DNA from: Octopus vulgaris | Taxonomy: Eukaryota | DNA length: 64,000 nt | Assembly: GCA_951406725.2 (NCBI GenBank) | Contig: OX597816.1 | Location: 164,672,001-164,736,000 of the forward strand | Direction: 5' to 3' | In this document: positions 38,087-51,720 of the stretch, piece by piece | Layout: every line of letters begins with the position of its first letter | How positions within the stretch are numbered: the stretch's first letter is position 1 | The notes under the pieces: model-generated | What the model was told of the DNA's origin: nothing | Seen by the model: the letters and a program-made list of their open reading frames with translations, nothing else | Database searches by the model: none | Program-made: the position numbers and the translations under genes

Positions 38087-38143
38087 CAGCCGAAATCTGC
38101 GATGAGGGATCAGTTTCTGACTGAAGAATGAAGGCTTTGAATG
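38087..38143 (+). ncRNA. 3' half of permuted hammerhead
   Basis: CAGCC-GAAA..CUGAAGA..GAAGGCUUUGAAUG; homologous to the 26.9 and 35.8 kb copies; truncated at (TA)n. Confidence 0.6.
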
Positions 38144-38200
38144 ACCCGTTTGTCTTTTTGTTCGTCCCTTCGTGTATTTCACGTTATTTATTTATGTAAA

Positions 38201-38243
<43 letters not shown>

Positions 38244-38293
38244 ATGTTTGTTCTCTAATTAATATATACATATATATATTTATATATATATAG

Positions 38294-38378
<85 letters not shown>

Positions 38379-39242
38379 GACAGAGAGACAGACAGACAGC
38401 CAGACAGAATGCGAATAACAGATGTACGCAGGCAGATATTCATACACACCTATCCACCTATCCACACATAGTTCATACGCGGAAAAGTCCGTGCAAATGT
38501 AGAGACACAGACGTCCACGAATACGCTCACACAGTTACGCCTAGACATACATTAAACACCAGTGTAAACGTCGCGCATAATAGAAGCCCGGAGCTGCTCA
38601 CATGTAAGCACGCATGAAGATCAACCATGGTGCATTCGCATAAGCTAATACACGTGCTCAGTGTCGCTTTCTGTCGCTCTCTTTCTCTGTCTCTCGCATG
38701 TAGGAACGCATACTGCAGACACGAGCCACACACAGAAAATGCTAAATCAACTCCTACATTTATTGTCAGATGTAGAGGCACGCACGCATATGCAAGCACA
38801 CGTGTTAGAAAATAGACCTGATACGCATGCGCATTCTGAACATACACGTTCACCAACACACGCGTTTATATTTACAAAAATCTATATAAATACAAACTCG
38901 TCTTCAGCGCCTTCTCTTGCTTTCTCGTTCGGATACGCATCAACACACACACGTGCACATGCTCGCATAGACTTACACAATTATAACACCATGAGGCGTA
39001 CATTCTACTCTCGTTCAATATGCAGTCAATGTACTATACGCCCCCACAAAAAATACACACACGCACAAATATGTATGTGAGAAAATATATGGATAAGCAA
39101 ATTAGACAGATCAATATATAAAATATATTAAATATATGAAGTACAAAAAATGTAAATATGTATGCATACAAAAAAGGTCAGACTTACACAGAATACAAAT
39201 GATATAGAGAATGCACAGACACACAGACACACAGACACACAG

Positions 39243-39274
<32 letters not shown>

Positions 39275-39412
39275 ACACACACACAGAATAGATATAGGCG
39301 CAAGTGTGGCTGTGTGGTAAGAAGCTTGCTTCCCAGCCACTAGGTTCCGGGTTCAGTCCCGCTGCATGACACCTTGGGAAAATGTCTTCTCTTATAACGT
39401 CGGGCCGGCAAA

Positions 39413-39473
<61 letters not shown>

Positions 39474-39477
39474 GTAA

Positions 39478-40030
39478 TGCCCTGATGCAGTACCAGGCAG
39501 TGGCTCCTGTGGCTTCTGATCTTAACTGATTGGAAATATCATGTACATTGTTTTATCTTGGTATAAATGATGAGCTTCAGCAAATATTCTACTCAGTACC
39601 ACAGATTTGCTTGTCAGTTGTTTGATCTTAACCAGTTGAGCATGTCCCTTAGTGGCTGACGATATGTGCATCTCTGATCACGAGCAGAAGTAGTGGGGGA
39701 GCATCATAGCCATGTGTTGAGAGGGGATTCTTTGGGGTTTGAATAGTTCACCCATGGAAGCATGGGTGTTTCGTTCAACATCCTTAAACAATGTTTATTC
39801 AGGGATCTTTTGAACGGGATGGGTTACTCGACCAGAAGAAAATTCTAACTGGGCCCCACCTACAAGGTCATGTGCTGTTTATCTTGATATCAGATCACCA
39901 TGTCGCGCACATATGGTCGTGATGCATGTGCTTAGTGTACCCTTATCAGACGGTTAGTGATGATAGGTATACTGGGCTATGTATATTTTACCCCAGTGTC
40001 ACTTTGATGGCATGCACTGCTCTCTCACTC
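39478..40030 (+). mobile_element. Longest copy of the (AAT)n-flanked non-coding family
   Basis: Bounded on both sides by (AAT)n; homologous to 23604-24117. Confidence 0.8.
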
Positions 40031-40095
<65 letters not shown>

Positions 40096-40144
40096 TGATA
40101 ATAATAAAAATAATAATGAGAACCCAAGTTCAAAATTTCCCCCA

Positions 40145-40190
40145 GACACCTGATGAAGGCTGGAGGGTATATCAACCGAAACGTTGTGCT
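40145..40190 (+). ncRNA. Minimal type I hammerhead
   Basis: GACAC-CUGAUGA-A-GGCUG..CAACC-GAAA-CG-UU-GUGCU; homologue of 57962-58007. Confidence 0.6.
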
Positions 40191-41512
40191 AACAACAAAC
40201 AAAATGAGGAAAAATATCCGTCAAATGTAAATAATGTACATAATTCCTCATCTCTTAAATATAGAAATTAATTGGATCCTCATCGTCGAAAACGACGGAG
40301 ATCCACTACTTCGCCGCTTAATTTTGTCCACTCGAAAGAGATGAGAGGCACAATCAATTTATACTTTCATTGTTTTTTTATTCTTTTACGTGTTTCAGTC
40401 ATTTGACTGCGGCCATGCAACAACACCGCCCTTAGTCGAACAAATCGACCACAGGACTTGTTCTCTGTTAGCCTAGTACTTATTCTATCGGGCTATTGTG
40501 CCGAACCGCTAAGTTACGGGGACGTAAACACACCAACATCAGTTGTCAAGAGATGGCGTTGGGGTACAAGCACAGACACACATACACACATACACACATA
40601 TAAGTTTACAATGGGTTTCTTTCAGTTTCCGTCTACCAAATCCACTAATAAGGCTTTGGTCAGCCCAAGGCTATAGTAGATGTCACGCAGTGGGACTGAA
40701 CCCAGAACCATATGGTTGGAAAGCAATCTTATTACCACACAGTCACTCAACAAGATTCGAACTGAAATTTAAACTGATCCTTAATTCGTTGCTCTACTGA
40801 ATCTGCAGCAAACTCCCACCGCCACTATTAAATGCTGTCGTCCCCGCCCTGAGGTCTATTTACAGTTCAGAGAAGACCATGTGGAAAATCTATATCTGTG
40901 TATTTACTTGACCTCGTAGAAATAACAACCGAATCTCCCTCAGCTTTGACTCAATTATCATACCAAAGGAGGACAATTTGAATAATGTAGACCTAGATAT
41001 ATTCATGAGTGAACATAAGATCGGATGATCACTGATGGAACGACTTTAGTCAAAGGTTGGATCAATCAGAGCAGAAGAGAGATCTAACTGAACGACAATC
41101 ACGACAACAAAGAAACTGGCTCTCTGTCGGTTGCAACATGTGTTCCAGTTGATCCGATCAACGGAACAGCCTGCTCGTGAATCGAATACCCTAATCACTA
41201 AGCCACGCGTTTTCACGACAACAACAGCAGCAAAAACAACAGCAACAATAACTATAACCATAACTTCAATTTTTCTATTCTACTCTAGGCACAAGGCCCG
41301 AAATTTTGGGGGAGGGGGCCAGTCGATTAGATCAACTCCAGTACGCAACTGGTACTTCATTTATTGACCCCGAAAGCATGAAAAGCCAAAGTCGACCTTG
41401 GCGTAATTTGAACTCAGAACGTAAACACAGGAGAAATACCGCTAAACATTTCGCCCGGCGTGCTAACGTTTCTGCCAGCTTGCCGCCTTAAATCATACCT
41501 CAGTTTGGAAAT

Positions 41513-41745
41513 ACAGTAATCCCTCGCCATATCACGGCTCACCTATCGCGCACTCAGTAAGTACATCGCGGTTCGCCTATCGCACACTCAGTACACCGCG
41601 GTTCACCTATCGCGTACTCAGTACATCGTGGTTCCATTCAGTAATTGGCAGTTCAACTATCACGTATTCAGTACATGGCGGTTCACCTATCGTGCACTCA
41701 GTACATCGCGGTTCACCTATCGCGCACTCATTACATCGCGGATTT
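41513..41745. repeat. 30 bp tandem repeats inside a Tigger-like MITE end
   Basis: TA-CAGTAATCCCTCG terminus, then about 7 copies of gttcacctatcgcgcactcagtacatcgcg. Confidence 0.75.
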
Positions 41746-41769
41746 TTCTGGCTAATATACGTAAATTTA

Positions 41770-42002
41770 AGGCGGCGAACTGGCAGAAACGTTAGCACGC
41801 CGGGCGAAACGCCTAGCAGTATTTCGTCTGCGGTAACGTTTTGACTTCTAATTCCGCCGAGATCAACTTTGCCTTTCATCCTTTCGGAATCGATTAAATA
41901 AGTACCAGTTACGCACTGGTGTCGATGTGTCCACTTAATCTCTTGTTCTATCCTTGTTTGTTCCCTTCTATGTTTAGCCCCCTGTGGGCAATAAAGAAAT
42001 AA
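41770..42002 (+). mobile_element. SINE family B
   Basis: Same head, core and tail as 22101. Confidence 0.85.
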
Positions 42003-42191
42003 ATATATGCAAAGTATATATCGCGGACTCCTCAGTATATCACGGGTTTCTCTGCGGCCGATAAGTATTTATATTTTTTTAGATTTTAATTATTTCTGTG
42101 GGAGGTTTTGGCACGTTACACCCGTAATAGTCGAGGGATTGCTATAAATATGGTAAAGCTGGAATCCGATTATCTTGGAAAAGGAGTGGCA

Positions 42192-42266
<75 letters not shown>

Positions 42267-42839
42267 CAAAAACAAAAGAGTTCACGAAGACAAGCTTTTA
42301 GGTTAAAAATCAAAACTGGGTCAGAGCTTTTAGCAGTTCATCTCCAACTCTGCCTTGTATTTTCGCCTTAGTCTTAGTACGAAGGAGATGGGGGATGTAT
42401 GTAGACGTGCGTACGCGTGTATGCTAATATTCACCTGCTTGTAGGCAAGCTAAGTAAAAGCGCGCGCGTGTGTATGTGTGTATATTTATGTGTGTGTCTG
42501 TAGGAGCGCATGCTATGTGCGATGATTGGCGAATTTTAAGTTACGAGCTTGTTGCTTTTTTATTTTTTATGCGTACATCTGGGTCAATGTTTGCGCGCAT
42601 GCGCCTTCGTTTTGTTTACACGTGCGTAATGCGTATGCGTATGGTTATGTATGTTGCGTGTGTGTGAGTGTGTGTATGGCTGAGCTTATGGAAACTCAGT
42701 AGAATATGAGTCTGTACGCATGTGTGTGTATGCAAATGAAATATATCTTGAATGTGTGTGTGTGTCTATGTATGTATGCATGTATGTATAAATATATGTA
42801 TATATGCGTGTGAATATATGTATGCATACACAGTGCGTT

Positions 42840-42952
<113 letters not shown>

Positions 42953-43648
42953 GTGTAGGAGTAGTTGTGTGGTAAGTAGCTTGCTTACGAATCACATGGT
43001 TTCGGATTCAGTCCCACTACTATAGCATCGGGCCGACCAAAGCCTTGTTAGTAGATTTGGTAAGCGGAAACTGAAAGAAGCCCGTCGTATATATGTATAT
43101 ATATATATATATAGCGGTGCCTACCACACGTTGATAATAGGCAATACACCTTGAAACCTAGGTCCGTGTGTGGCATCCGCTTCTTAGGGAATGATCTCCC
43201 TTTGCAAGATAGAGGACGCCGTGATGGCGTCGGCCTATCTGGTGACGTTGATGTTCGCCTGGGGCTAAATGCAACAGTGGCACCCCCACCACCCTGCCCT
43301 GTCCCTAGCCATATTCAGTTGGCTATTGTCCCTTATATTATATATATATATATATATATATATGAGTGTGTGTGTGTGTGTATATATGTTTGAGTGTCTG
43401 TGTTTGTCCCCCCAAAATCGCTTGACAACCGATGCTGGTGTAACTTAGCGGTTCGGCAAAAGGGACCTATAGAATAAGTACTAGGCTTACAAAGAATAAG
43501 TCCTGTGCTCGATTTCTCGACTAAAGGCGGTGATCCAGCATGGCCGCAGTCAAATGACTGAAACAAGTAAAAGAGTAAAAGAGAGAGTATATATATGCAT
43601 ATATACATACGTATATGTGCGTACTTATATCTATACGTATGTACATAT

Positions 43649-43739
<91 letters not shown>

Positions 43740-43872
43740 TACATATATGAATATGTGGACAAAGGACATCACGAAACGTGCACAAGAAGAAAAAAACGAA
43801 GCACGAGTACTTGGAACATGAATTATTCTTTCGAAGACCGAAAGACACAAATAGAAAACAAAACAAACAACA

Positions 43873-43981
43873 CTGCTTTTCTAGTCACGTATTTCGAGCA
43901 TTTAACAACAGTATACTCTTTCGATAAAGCAGTTGCTCCTGCAAACCGAATTAAATAAAATTTGAGATTTTGTGGAGGGTC
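43873..43981 (-). ncRNA. 5' part of permuted hammerhead (CUGANGA strand deleted)
   Basis: GACCCU closing strand; II GAGCA/UGCUC; P0 CUGCUUU/AAAGCAG; III GUAU/AUAC; AUA site; Ia CUGUUG. Confidence 0.65.
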
Positions 43982-44819
43982 AAAATCGGTAACGAAAACA
44001 GGTCAATGAAAACAAACAGGAAGGGCTACTAAGATAGATAGATAGATAGATAGATAGATACGAGCAAAACGCCCCCCCACTGTCTAATGGACGTTGCTGA
44101 GTTGGCAAACATTTAAACAAAATTTTCTCAAAACAACTTGTCCGACCGTCTCATTTTATGACATTATTTCAAGCCAACCGGCTTTTTTTTTGCGCAGACT
44201 GTACGTTCTTTTTTCTCGCGTACGCGTAGTATCGATCGCAACAGCTGACGTACTTGCGAGTACAAAAGCACGTTCCCACGGCTTTATCGATCGCATTCTC
44301 ACCTGGAACCCATTTCTGTAATATTTTCAAAACTTATACACGCCTTGATACCGTCGGTATCTACATATCAGATTTGAGCGCAATCGGATGGAGGATGCCC
44401 GAGATCCTAGAAGACAGACAGACAGACAGAACAGATTTTATATAATAGATATACATATACACGAGCGATATTAGAGATGTATATTTAAACAGCATTAAGC
44501 AGTCATTTTATACAGATGTAAACACAATTTATAGGGTTGCCTGTACTTAAATGGTGAGGTATGTAGGTGTGCATGCGTTTCTACATTTGTATATATGCGT
44601 ATGCATGCGGGCATATATGTATGCATGTAATGTATGTATGTATATGTATCTATGTATGCATGTAATGTATGTATGTGTATCTATGTATGTGTGTATATAT
44701 ACACACATACATTGTCTTGTACTCTGTTTTTTCGTTGTTAAAAAAAGTCCTGTTTCCTTGTTTGTTTTCGTTTCTCGTTGTGTTCTACGTTTATTTGTGG
44801 TGTCCTGTACTCATATATG

Positions 44820-45203
44820 TGGAAGCACTCCGTCGGTTACGACGACGAGGGTTCCAGTTGATCCGAATCAACGGAACAGCCTGCTCGTGAAATTAACGTG
44901 TAAGTGGCTGAGCACTCCACAGACACGTGTACTCTTAACGTATTTTTCGGGGATATTCAGCGTGACACAGAGAGTGACAAGGCCGGCCCTTTGAAATACA
45001 GGTACAACAGAAACAGGAAGGAAGAGTGAGAGAAAGTTGTGGTGAAAGGGTACAGCAGGGATCACCACCATCCCCTGCCGGAGCCTCGTGGAGCTTTAGG
45101 TGTTTTCGCTCAATAAACACTCACAACGCCCGGTCTGGGAATCGAAACCGCGATCCTATGACCGCGAGTCCGCTGCCCTAACCACTGGGCCATTGCGCCT
45201 CCA
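44820..45203 (-). mobile_element. SINE family C, long-tail variant
   Basis: Reverse complement of 63206-63590. Confidence 0.85.
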
Positions 45204-45204
45204 C

Positions 45205-45960
45205 CCGCCAAAGAATACAAATACAAGAAATAAGCAATGTAGTGTAAGAAACAGTTGCAAAACTTACATAAAAATCTATTGTGCTTGGCTGTGGATCTTC
45301 GATGTCGTCTGCTGGGGCAACAGTCGAAGTAGCCGGAGTTGGTTTTTTGATAAACATGGTAAGCCTTGTCTGAATTGCTTGTTTCTCTTCATAAACTTCA
45401 CGATACGGACGAAACATATCATCTGCCATCCGTTCAATCCTTGCAAATCGTTCGATGTTTGAGTCCATTGCTTCAAATTATTCGAGAAGTTTATTTATTT
45501 GGAATAAACCTTCTGATAATCTTTTTGTAGTGAAACTCCTTTCTGGCACCTCCTTTCTTCCTCCGCGCGTTCTTTTTCCAATTCAAGAAACTCTTCATTT
45601 GTAAGTTCTTCGGATTCTTGGTGTAGTAAATCTTCGTTATTTTCCACTTCACACTCCAAAGAAAGGTCTTTAGCCAGTTTTACTACTTTCCCGCGAATCA
45701 TTTCAAGTTCATGGTCAAAAATTAGCCTGGTGTTAGTCAAAAATCTCGGTGTCTCAAGCAGTCGGCTTATAAACAAATAGGAGGTTGCCTCGATGTCTCC
45801 GCGACAGGATAGTCATCCAACACGTGGAATAACCACAGTGGCGACCGATAACCAAACCTAGGGTAAGCGTTTGTTAGCTGACATCATCCGTAGGGTTAAT
45901 TTCTAAACCTGGTGCGCCAATCGGTCGTAAGTCGGATAGATCGTGAGTCGACGACGACTG
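45205..45960 (-). mobile_element. Tigger/pogo transposon remnant
   Basis: EDLLHQESEELTNEEFLELE..FEAMDSNIERFARIER..YREVYEEK..QTRLTMF resembles the Tigger/TIGD1 C-terminus; TA-CAG terminus near 45960. Confidence 0.7.
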
Positions 45961-46063
45961 TATGTATATATATATTAAAATAGATATAAACATTCAGTAA
46001 TATTTCCTTCTCCTTAAGACAGCGAGCTGACAGAATCGTTAGCACGTTGGGCAAAATGCTTAG

Positions 46064-46130
<67 letters not shown>

Positions 46131-46136
<6 letters not shown>

Positions 46137-46310
46137 GTGAAATAGAAAGATGAATAATCTTGTAGTAGATTAATCAAAAGTTTAACCGATACCTTAGTAG
46201 CAAAAATCACAGCAGTAAACAGCACGAAACAGCCTTTCGAAACACGTGTAGAATGAAATAAAACGATTTCTGTTCAATCTGCGTTCAGCTCATTTCTTCA
46301 ATTCACCAAT

Positions 46311-46320
<10 letters not shown>
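46131..46320 (+). mobile_element. (TA)n-flanked deleted relative of the 26.2-26.8 kb HHR element
   Basis: Shares gtttaaccgatacc..gtagcaaaaatcacagcag with 26281 and GAAA-CACGUG-UA-GAA plus tail with 26726. Confidence 0.7.
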
Positions 46321-46400
<80 letters not shown>

Positions 46401-46590
46401 AATATAAGAAGTGGTCCTATTTCAGTTAATCCAAAAGGTTTCAACCACGAAAATGTAGAATGAAAGTCAGTAATTCGTACGATTCGTACTGACTTTCATG
46501 GGAAACATGTATTTTCGTGGTTGAAACCTTTTGGATTAATCTGGTGCTAGAGTGAGCCATATAGTGACCACTCTCTTATATTTATTTTGC

Positions 46591-46622
<32 letters not shown>

Positions 46623-46632
46623 TAATATATAT

Positions 46633-46769
<137 letters not shown>

Positions 46770-46840
46770 TGTATATATACATATAGATGTAGGTATGTAC
46801 ATATATGTGTGTATGTATGCATATGTTTTATTTGTTAAAT

Positions 46841-46887
<47 letters not shown>

Positions 46888-46910
46888 ACGTACCTATGTA
46901 TGTGTGTGTT

Positions 46911-46956
<46 letters not shown>

Positions 46957-47565
46957 GTATGTATGTATGTGTGTATGTGTAGATGGGTGTGTAAGTATGT
47001 ATGTGTGGATGGATGTGTGTGTATGTACATGCATCTCGATGGCGAATGTGTTGGTAATGAGGATAGCTTCAGTGTTAGATGTACTGATAATGTGATAGCG
47101 TCCTTGCCGTCACCGCCGTCACCGTTAATGTCGTCGTCGTCGTCGTCGTCGTCGTTGTTGTTGTTGTTGGTGGTGGTGGTGCTGGTGGTGACAATACTGA
47201 ATGCTTCTGGCACTAATGTATTTTTTTCTGTATTTCTGTTTTTATTTTATTTCCCAATCTGTAATCAGAGTTTGGGAATAAAAAAACGGAAAAAATACTA
47301 GAAAGTTATAATAGACATATACATACATACATACATACATACATTCATACATACATACATACATTCATACATACATACATACATACATACATACATACGT
47401 ACATACATACATATATGTATATACATAGTATGTATGTTTATATAGACGTACATATAGATACACTCATATGCAAATATATGCGCGTGTGTATATGCAAATA
47501 TACATACATGTACACATGCATATATATACATAAATATACGCATATATGCATGCATACATATGAAC

Positions 47566-47612
<47 letters not shown>

Positions 47613-47643
47613 ATATGTATATATACATATATATGTATATACT

Positions 47644-47719
<76 letters not shown>

Positions 47720-47721
47720 CT

Positions 47722-47761
<40 letters not shown>

Positions 47762-47869
47762 CATATATATACAAACATATATATATATATATATATATAC
47801 ATACATGCATGCATACATATCACATCGCTGTTACAACTATTATCATTGCTACCACCATCATAAGTATAG

Positions 47870-47911
<42 letters not shown>

Positions 47912-48193
47912 ATAATAATAATAATAACAATACGACCACCATCGCCGCCGCCGCTGCTAACGACACCTCCAGCACCATCACCACCATCTCTACTTCTACT
48001 ACCACCGCTTCCACCATCACACCATGACCCCCACCCCCACCACCACAACCATCACTACAACCACTACCACTGCTACGACTACTACAACTACTACAACTAC
48101 TACCAGCACCATCACTACTACCACCACCACCACTGCACCACTATTATCACCAATATTGGTGCTGGTGGTATACGTAGTGGTGGTGATAGTAGC

Positions 48194-48260
<67 letters not shown>

Positions 48261-48613
48261 ATGGTGGTGGTGGTGGTGGTAATTGTAGTGGATGTGATAG
48301 TCGTGGTAATAGCGATGGCGACAGTACTAGTTACCGATGGCTGTGACAATTTGTTTTTTTATCTATTCTGTTATTCTGGAATCCGAATTTGAGACTCATA
48401 AACGAAGAAGAAAACCCGGAAACTGTTATGTATACCATGTTGTTGAGAGATGACAAGATATCTTAATCTAAAACTTATATTGTCATGACGTGACAAGATA
48501 TTTATTCTGAATGTCTGAAGGAAAGAAAAATAGCTGAAGATTTGGAACAGAATTCTTCTCAAGTAAACAAATATATATTATTTCGGCTAGAAATAATATA
48601 AAAAAAAAAGATT

Positions 48614-48696
48614 TAGCACGAGTGGGGTTCGAACCCACGCGGACATTCGTCCATTGGAACTTAAGTCCAACGCCTTAACCACTCGGCCATCGTGCT
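48614..48696 (-). tRNA. tRNA-Leu-TAA: tRNA-Leu (anticodon UAA)
   Basis: 83 nt cloverleaf: AGCACGA/TCGTGCT acceptor, TTGGA-CTTAAGT-TCCAA anticodon arm, long variable arm, GGTTCGAACC, followed by a T9 terminator. Confidence 0.96.
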
Positions 48697-48819
48697 GCTG
48701 TCTGCCAAGCGGCGAAATAAGTAGTTTTGTTCTGTGATAGCTAAAGATTTGGAACAGAATTCTTCTCAAGTAAACAAATATATATTATTTCGGCTAGAAA
48801 AAATTTTAAAAAAATGACT

Positions 48820-48902
48820 TAGCACGAGTGGGGTTCGAACCCACGCGGACATTCGTCCATTGGAACTTAAGTCCAACGCCTTAACCACTCGGCCATCGTG
48901 CT
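48820..48902 (-). tRNA. tRNA-Leu-TAA: tRNA-Leu (anticodon UAA), identical second copy
   Basis: Identical 83 nt sequence followed by a T7 terminator. Confidence 0.96.
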
Positions 48903-49464
48903 GCTGTCTGCCAAGCGGCGAAATAAGTAGTTTTGTTCTGTGACTGTTGCTGATCAGCCACAGTCACATGGTGTAACGTTTATCAGGTTAAGTGTTGCTG
49001 CTTGAAACTAACGTGTATGGGGCAAGAAACACAAGTTGTTGAATCGATGCCAAAACATAACTGGTATTTATTTTTTTTCAAAATAAATTGGAACGTGGAA
49101 TAGACTGTAAATTAGTACAATCGTTGGCATACCTACACAAATGGGCCCCATCTCCTCAACTTTTATACTTTCCTCATAACTATATGAAAAGTGGGTGTTT
49201 TGTGAATGAAATTTTCTACAAGTCTTTTTCAGAGGGTGTAGAATCCGATTATATCAGAATTTAATGGGGGAAGTGGGGATGTAAGCATGTACACATATAT
49301 TATAGGTGCAGTAGTGATTGTGTGGTAAGAAGTTCGCTTCCCAACCACATGGTTCCGGGTTCAGTCCCACTGCGTGGCCCCTTGAACAAGTGTCTTCTCT
49401 GACAGCCTCGGGCCAACTAATGCCTTGTGAATGGATTTAGTAGGCGGAAACTGAAAGAAGCCCA

Positions 49465-49547
<83 letters not shown>

Positions 49548-49853
49548 CACACACATATATATAATATGTCATAATAAAAAGATCTTATAGAGTGTACATG
49601 AGAATGATTACGATAAAACTTACTTGGAAGAGGATGCGTGGCGTTCCATCATATATATTATATACACTAGCATATATACACAACCACATGTACATACCCA
49701 CATCTATATGCACACATATGTGCACACGTGGGTACAGGACGCCATGAAACGTGGACAAAAAAAAAAACACGAGGCACGAGCACATGGAATATGACCCACC
49801 CCTTCGAACAACGAAAGACACAAATGAAAAACAAGACAAACAACATAGAAAAC

Positions 49854-49894
49854 GACCCCTCGTCAGCCGTTGGCCGTCCCTCCACTCCCACACT

Positions 49895-49898
<4 letters not shown>
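49854..49898 (-). ncRNA. 3' half of permuted hammerhead
   Basis: GAAG-UGUG..CAACGG-CUGACGA-GGGGUC; truncated by (TA)n. Confidence 0.5.
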
Positions 49899-49929
<31 letters not shown>

Positions 49930-49934
49930 TCTTT

Positions 49935-50342
49935 TACTCTTTTACTCTTTTACTTGTTTCAGTCATTTGACTGTGGCCATGCTGGAGCACCGCCTTTAAT
50001 CGAGCAACTCGACCCCGGGACTTATTCTTTTTGTAAGCCCAGTACTTATTCTATCGGTCTCTTTTGCCGAACCGCTAAGTAACGGGGACATAAACACACC
50101 AGCATCGGTTGTCAAGCAATGCTAGGGGGACAAACACAGACACACATACACACACACGCTTATATATATATACATATATACGACGGGCTTCTTTCAGTTT
50201 CCGTCTACCAAATCCACTCACAAGGCTTTGGTCGGCCCGAAGCTATAGTAGAAGACACTTGCCCAAGGTGCCACGCAGTGGGACTGAACCCGGAACCATG
50301 TGGTTGGTAAACAAGCTACTTACCACACAGCCACTCCTGCGA
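49935..50342 (-). mobile_element. SINE family A, full length
   Basis: Reverse complement of family A. Confidence 0.85.
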
Positions 50343-50344
50343 CA

Positions 50345-51720
50345 CACACACACCTCCCGTTTCAGTAAAGTCATGGAGCGCATTGTGAGGAAAAGACTGA
50401 TTGAGTTCCTTGCGGACAATTACCTGCTTTCTGACACCCAGGAAGGAGCCCGGGAAGGAGCTGTCTTACACAGCTTCTTTGACACTATGGCCGAATCAAT
50501 TAATGAACTGCTCAAAATGTGGATGTGGTATAACCTCGACTTTGCGAAGGCACTTGACAAGATCGACCATGGAATGATATACCACAAAATACGGGGACTC
50601 GGCATCACCGGTAACGTCGGAGAGTGGCTGCATGATTTCCTAAAGGACAGGACCCAAACTGTAGCAGCCAACGGAGCTCTCTCCACAGAGACACCAATAG
50701 TGAGTGGAGTACCCCAGAGCATTGTGCTGGGGCCACTGCTTTTCGTGGTAGCCCTATCGGTTATGCCATCAGTGACAGAGGCAGCCATGCTTACCAGCTA
50801 TGCCGACGACACAGAAGTCGCACAGTCAGTCAAGGAAACCTCTGATGCTACGCTCTTGCAGAAAGATCTAGATACATGGGCTGATGATAACAACATGCAA
50901 TTTAATGCAAGTAAATTCCAGGCCCTCCGCTACCAGTTAAGCACTGCTCAGGAATCACGACATCAGTACATTGGACCATGTGAAGCAACGATCCCAGCAT
51001 CAAATACGGTCCTTGATCTTGGAACAGAAATGAGCAACAATGCCCCATTTCACACACATATCAACAAAAATGATAGCAGTATCCAGAAGACTGGTCGGTT
51101 GAATTCTGAGAACCTTCTGGACGAGGGACCAAGAAGCTATGATGTCACTATGGAAGTCATTTATCCTCAACCGACTGGACTACTGCTCTTAGCTATGGTC
51201 ACCTTATACTATAAGGATGATAGCAGAGCTTGAAGCAGTCCAGCGACATTACACATAGAAAATTGCATCAATGGAACGACTGAGCTACTGGGACCGATTG
51301 AAAGAGCTACGACTCTTTTCCCCGGAAGGAAGGCGGGAGAGGGATGTAGTGATATATATATGGAAGATACTGGAAGGCCTGGTACCAAACTTTGGAATAA
51401 AGAGCTATACAAGACCACGAACAGGACGTCACTGTGCTGTCTCCACTGCTTCATCTCGGGCAAGGACGATGTACTGCAATAGCTTGGTTTCAAGGGCCCA
51501 CAGCTGCTTAACTGTCTGCCGAAACATCTGAGGAGCCTCCATGGAGTGGGTGTAGACGTTTTCAAACACGAACTTGACCTCTGGCTCATCGAGATCCCAG
51601 ATGAGCCAATATTTAGGCAGGAAACTGAAAAGAGGGCAGTAACTTCGAACTCCTACCTTCACCAAAAGCCGCTCCGACAAAGGCGAAGGCGGTGCTCCAG
51701 CACGGCCACATAAAAAAATA
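50345..51720 (+). mobile_element. 5'-truncated CR1/L2-group LINE (RT domain, frameshifted)
   Basis: DFAKALDKIDH, SGVPQSIVLGPLLF, YADDT, WADDNNMQFNASK, LSYWDRLKELRLFS.E.RRER; A-rich 3' end. Confidence 0.9.

Larger units (their letters stand above)
48530..48943. repeat. ~207 bp tandem duplication, one tRNA gene per unit
   Basis: tagct(g/a)aagatttggaacag at 48531 and 48738. Confidence 0.9.

Noticed and set aside
39650-39700. CUGACGA inside the (AAT)n-flanked family
   Set aside because: I could not place GAAA and NUH with supporting helices in any order.
50109-51233. 374 aa ORF as an intact gene
   Set aside because: Chimeric reading: the N-terminus is antisense SINE, the rest is a truncated, frameshifted LINE RT.
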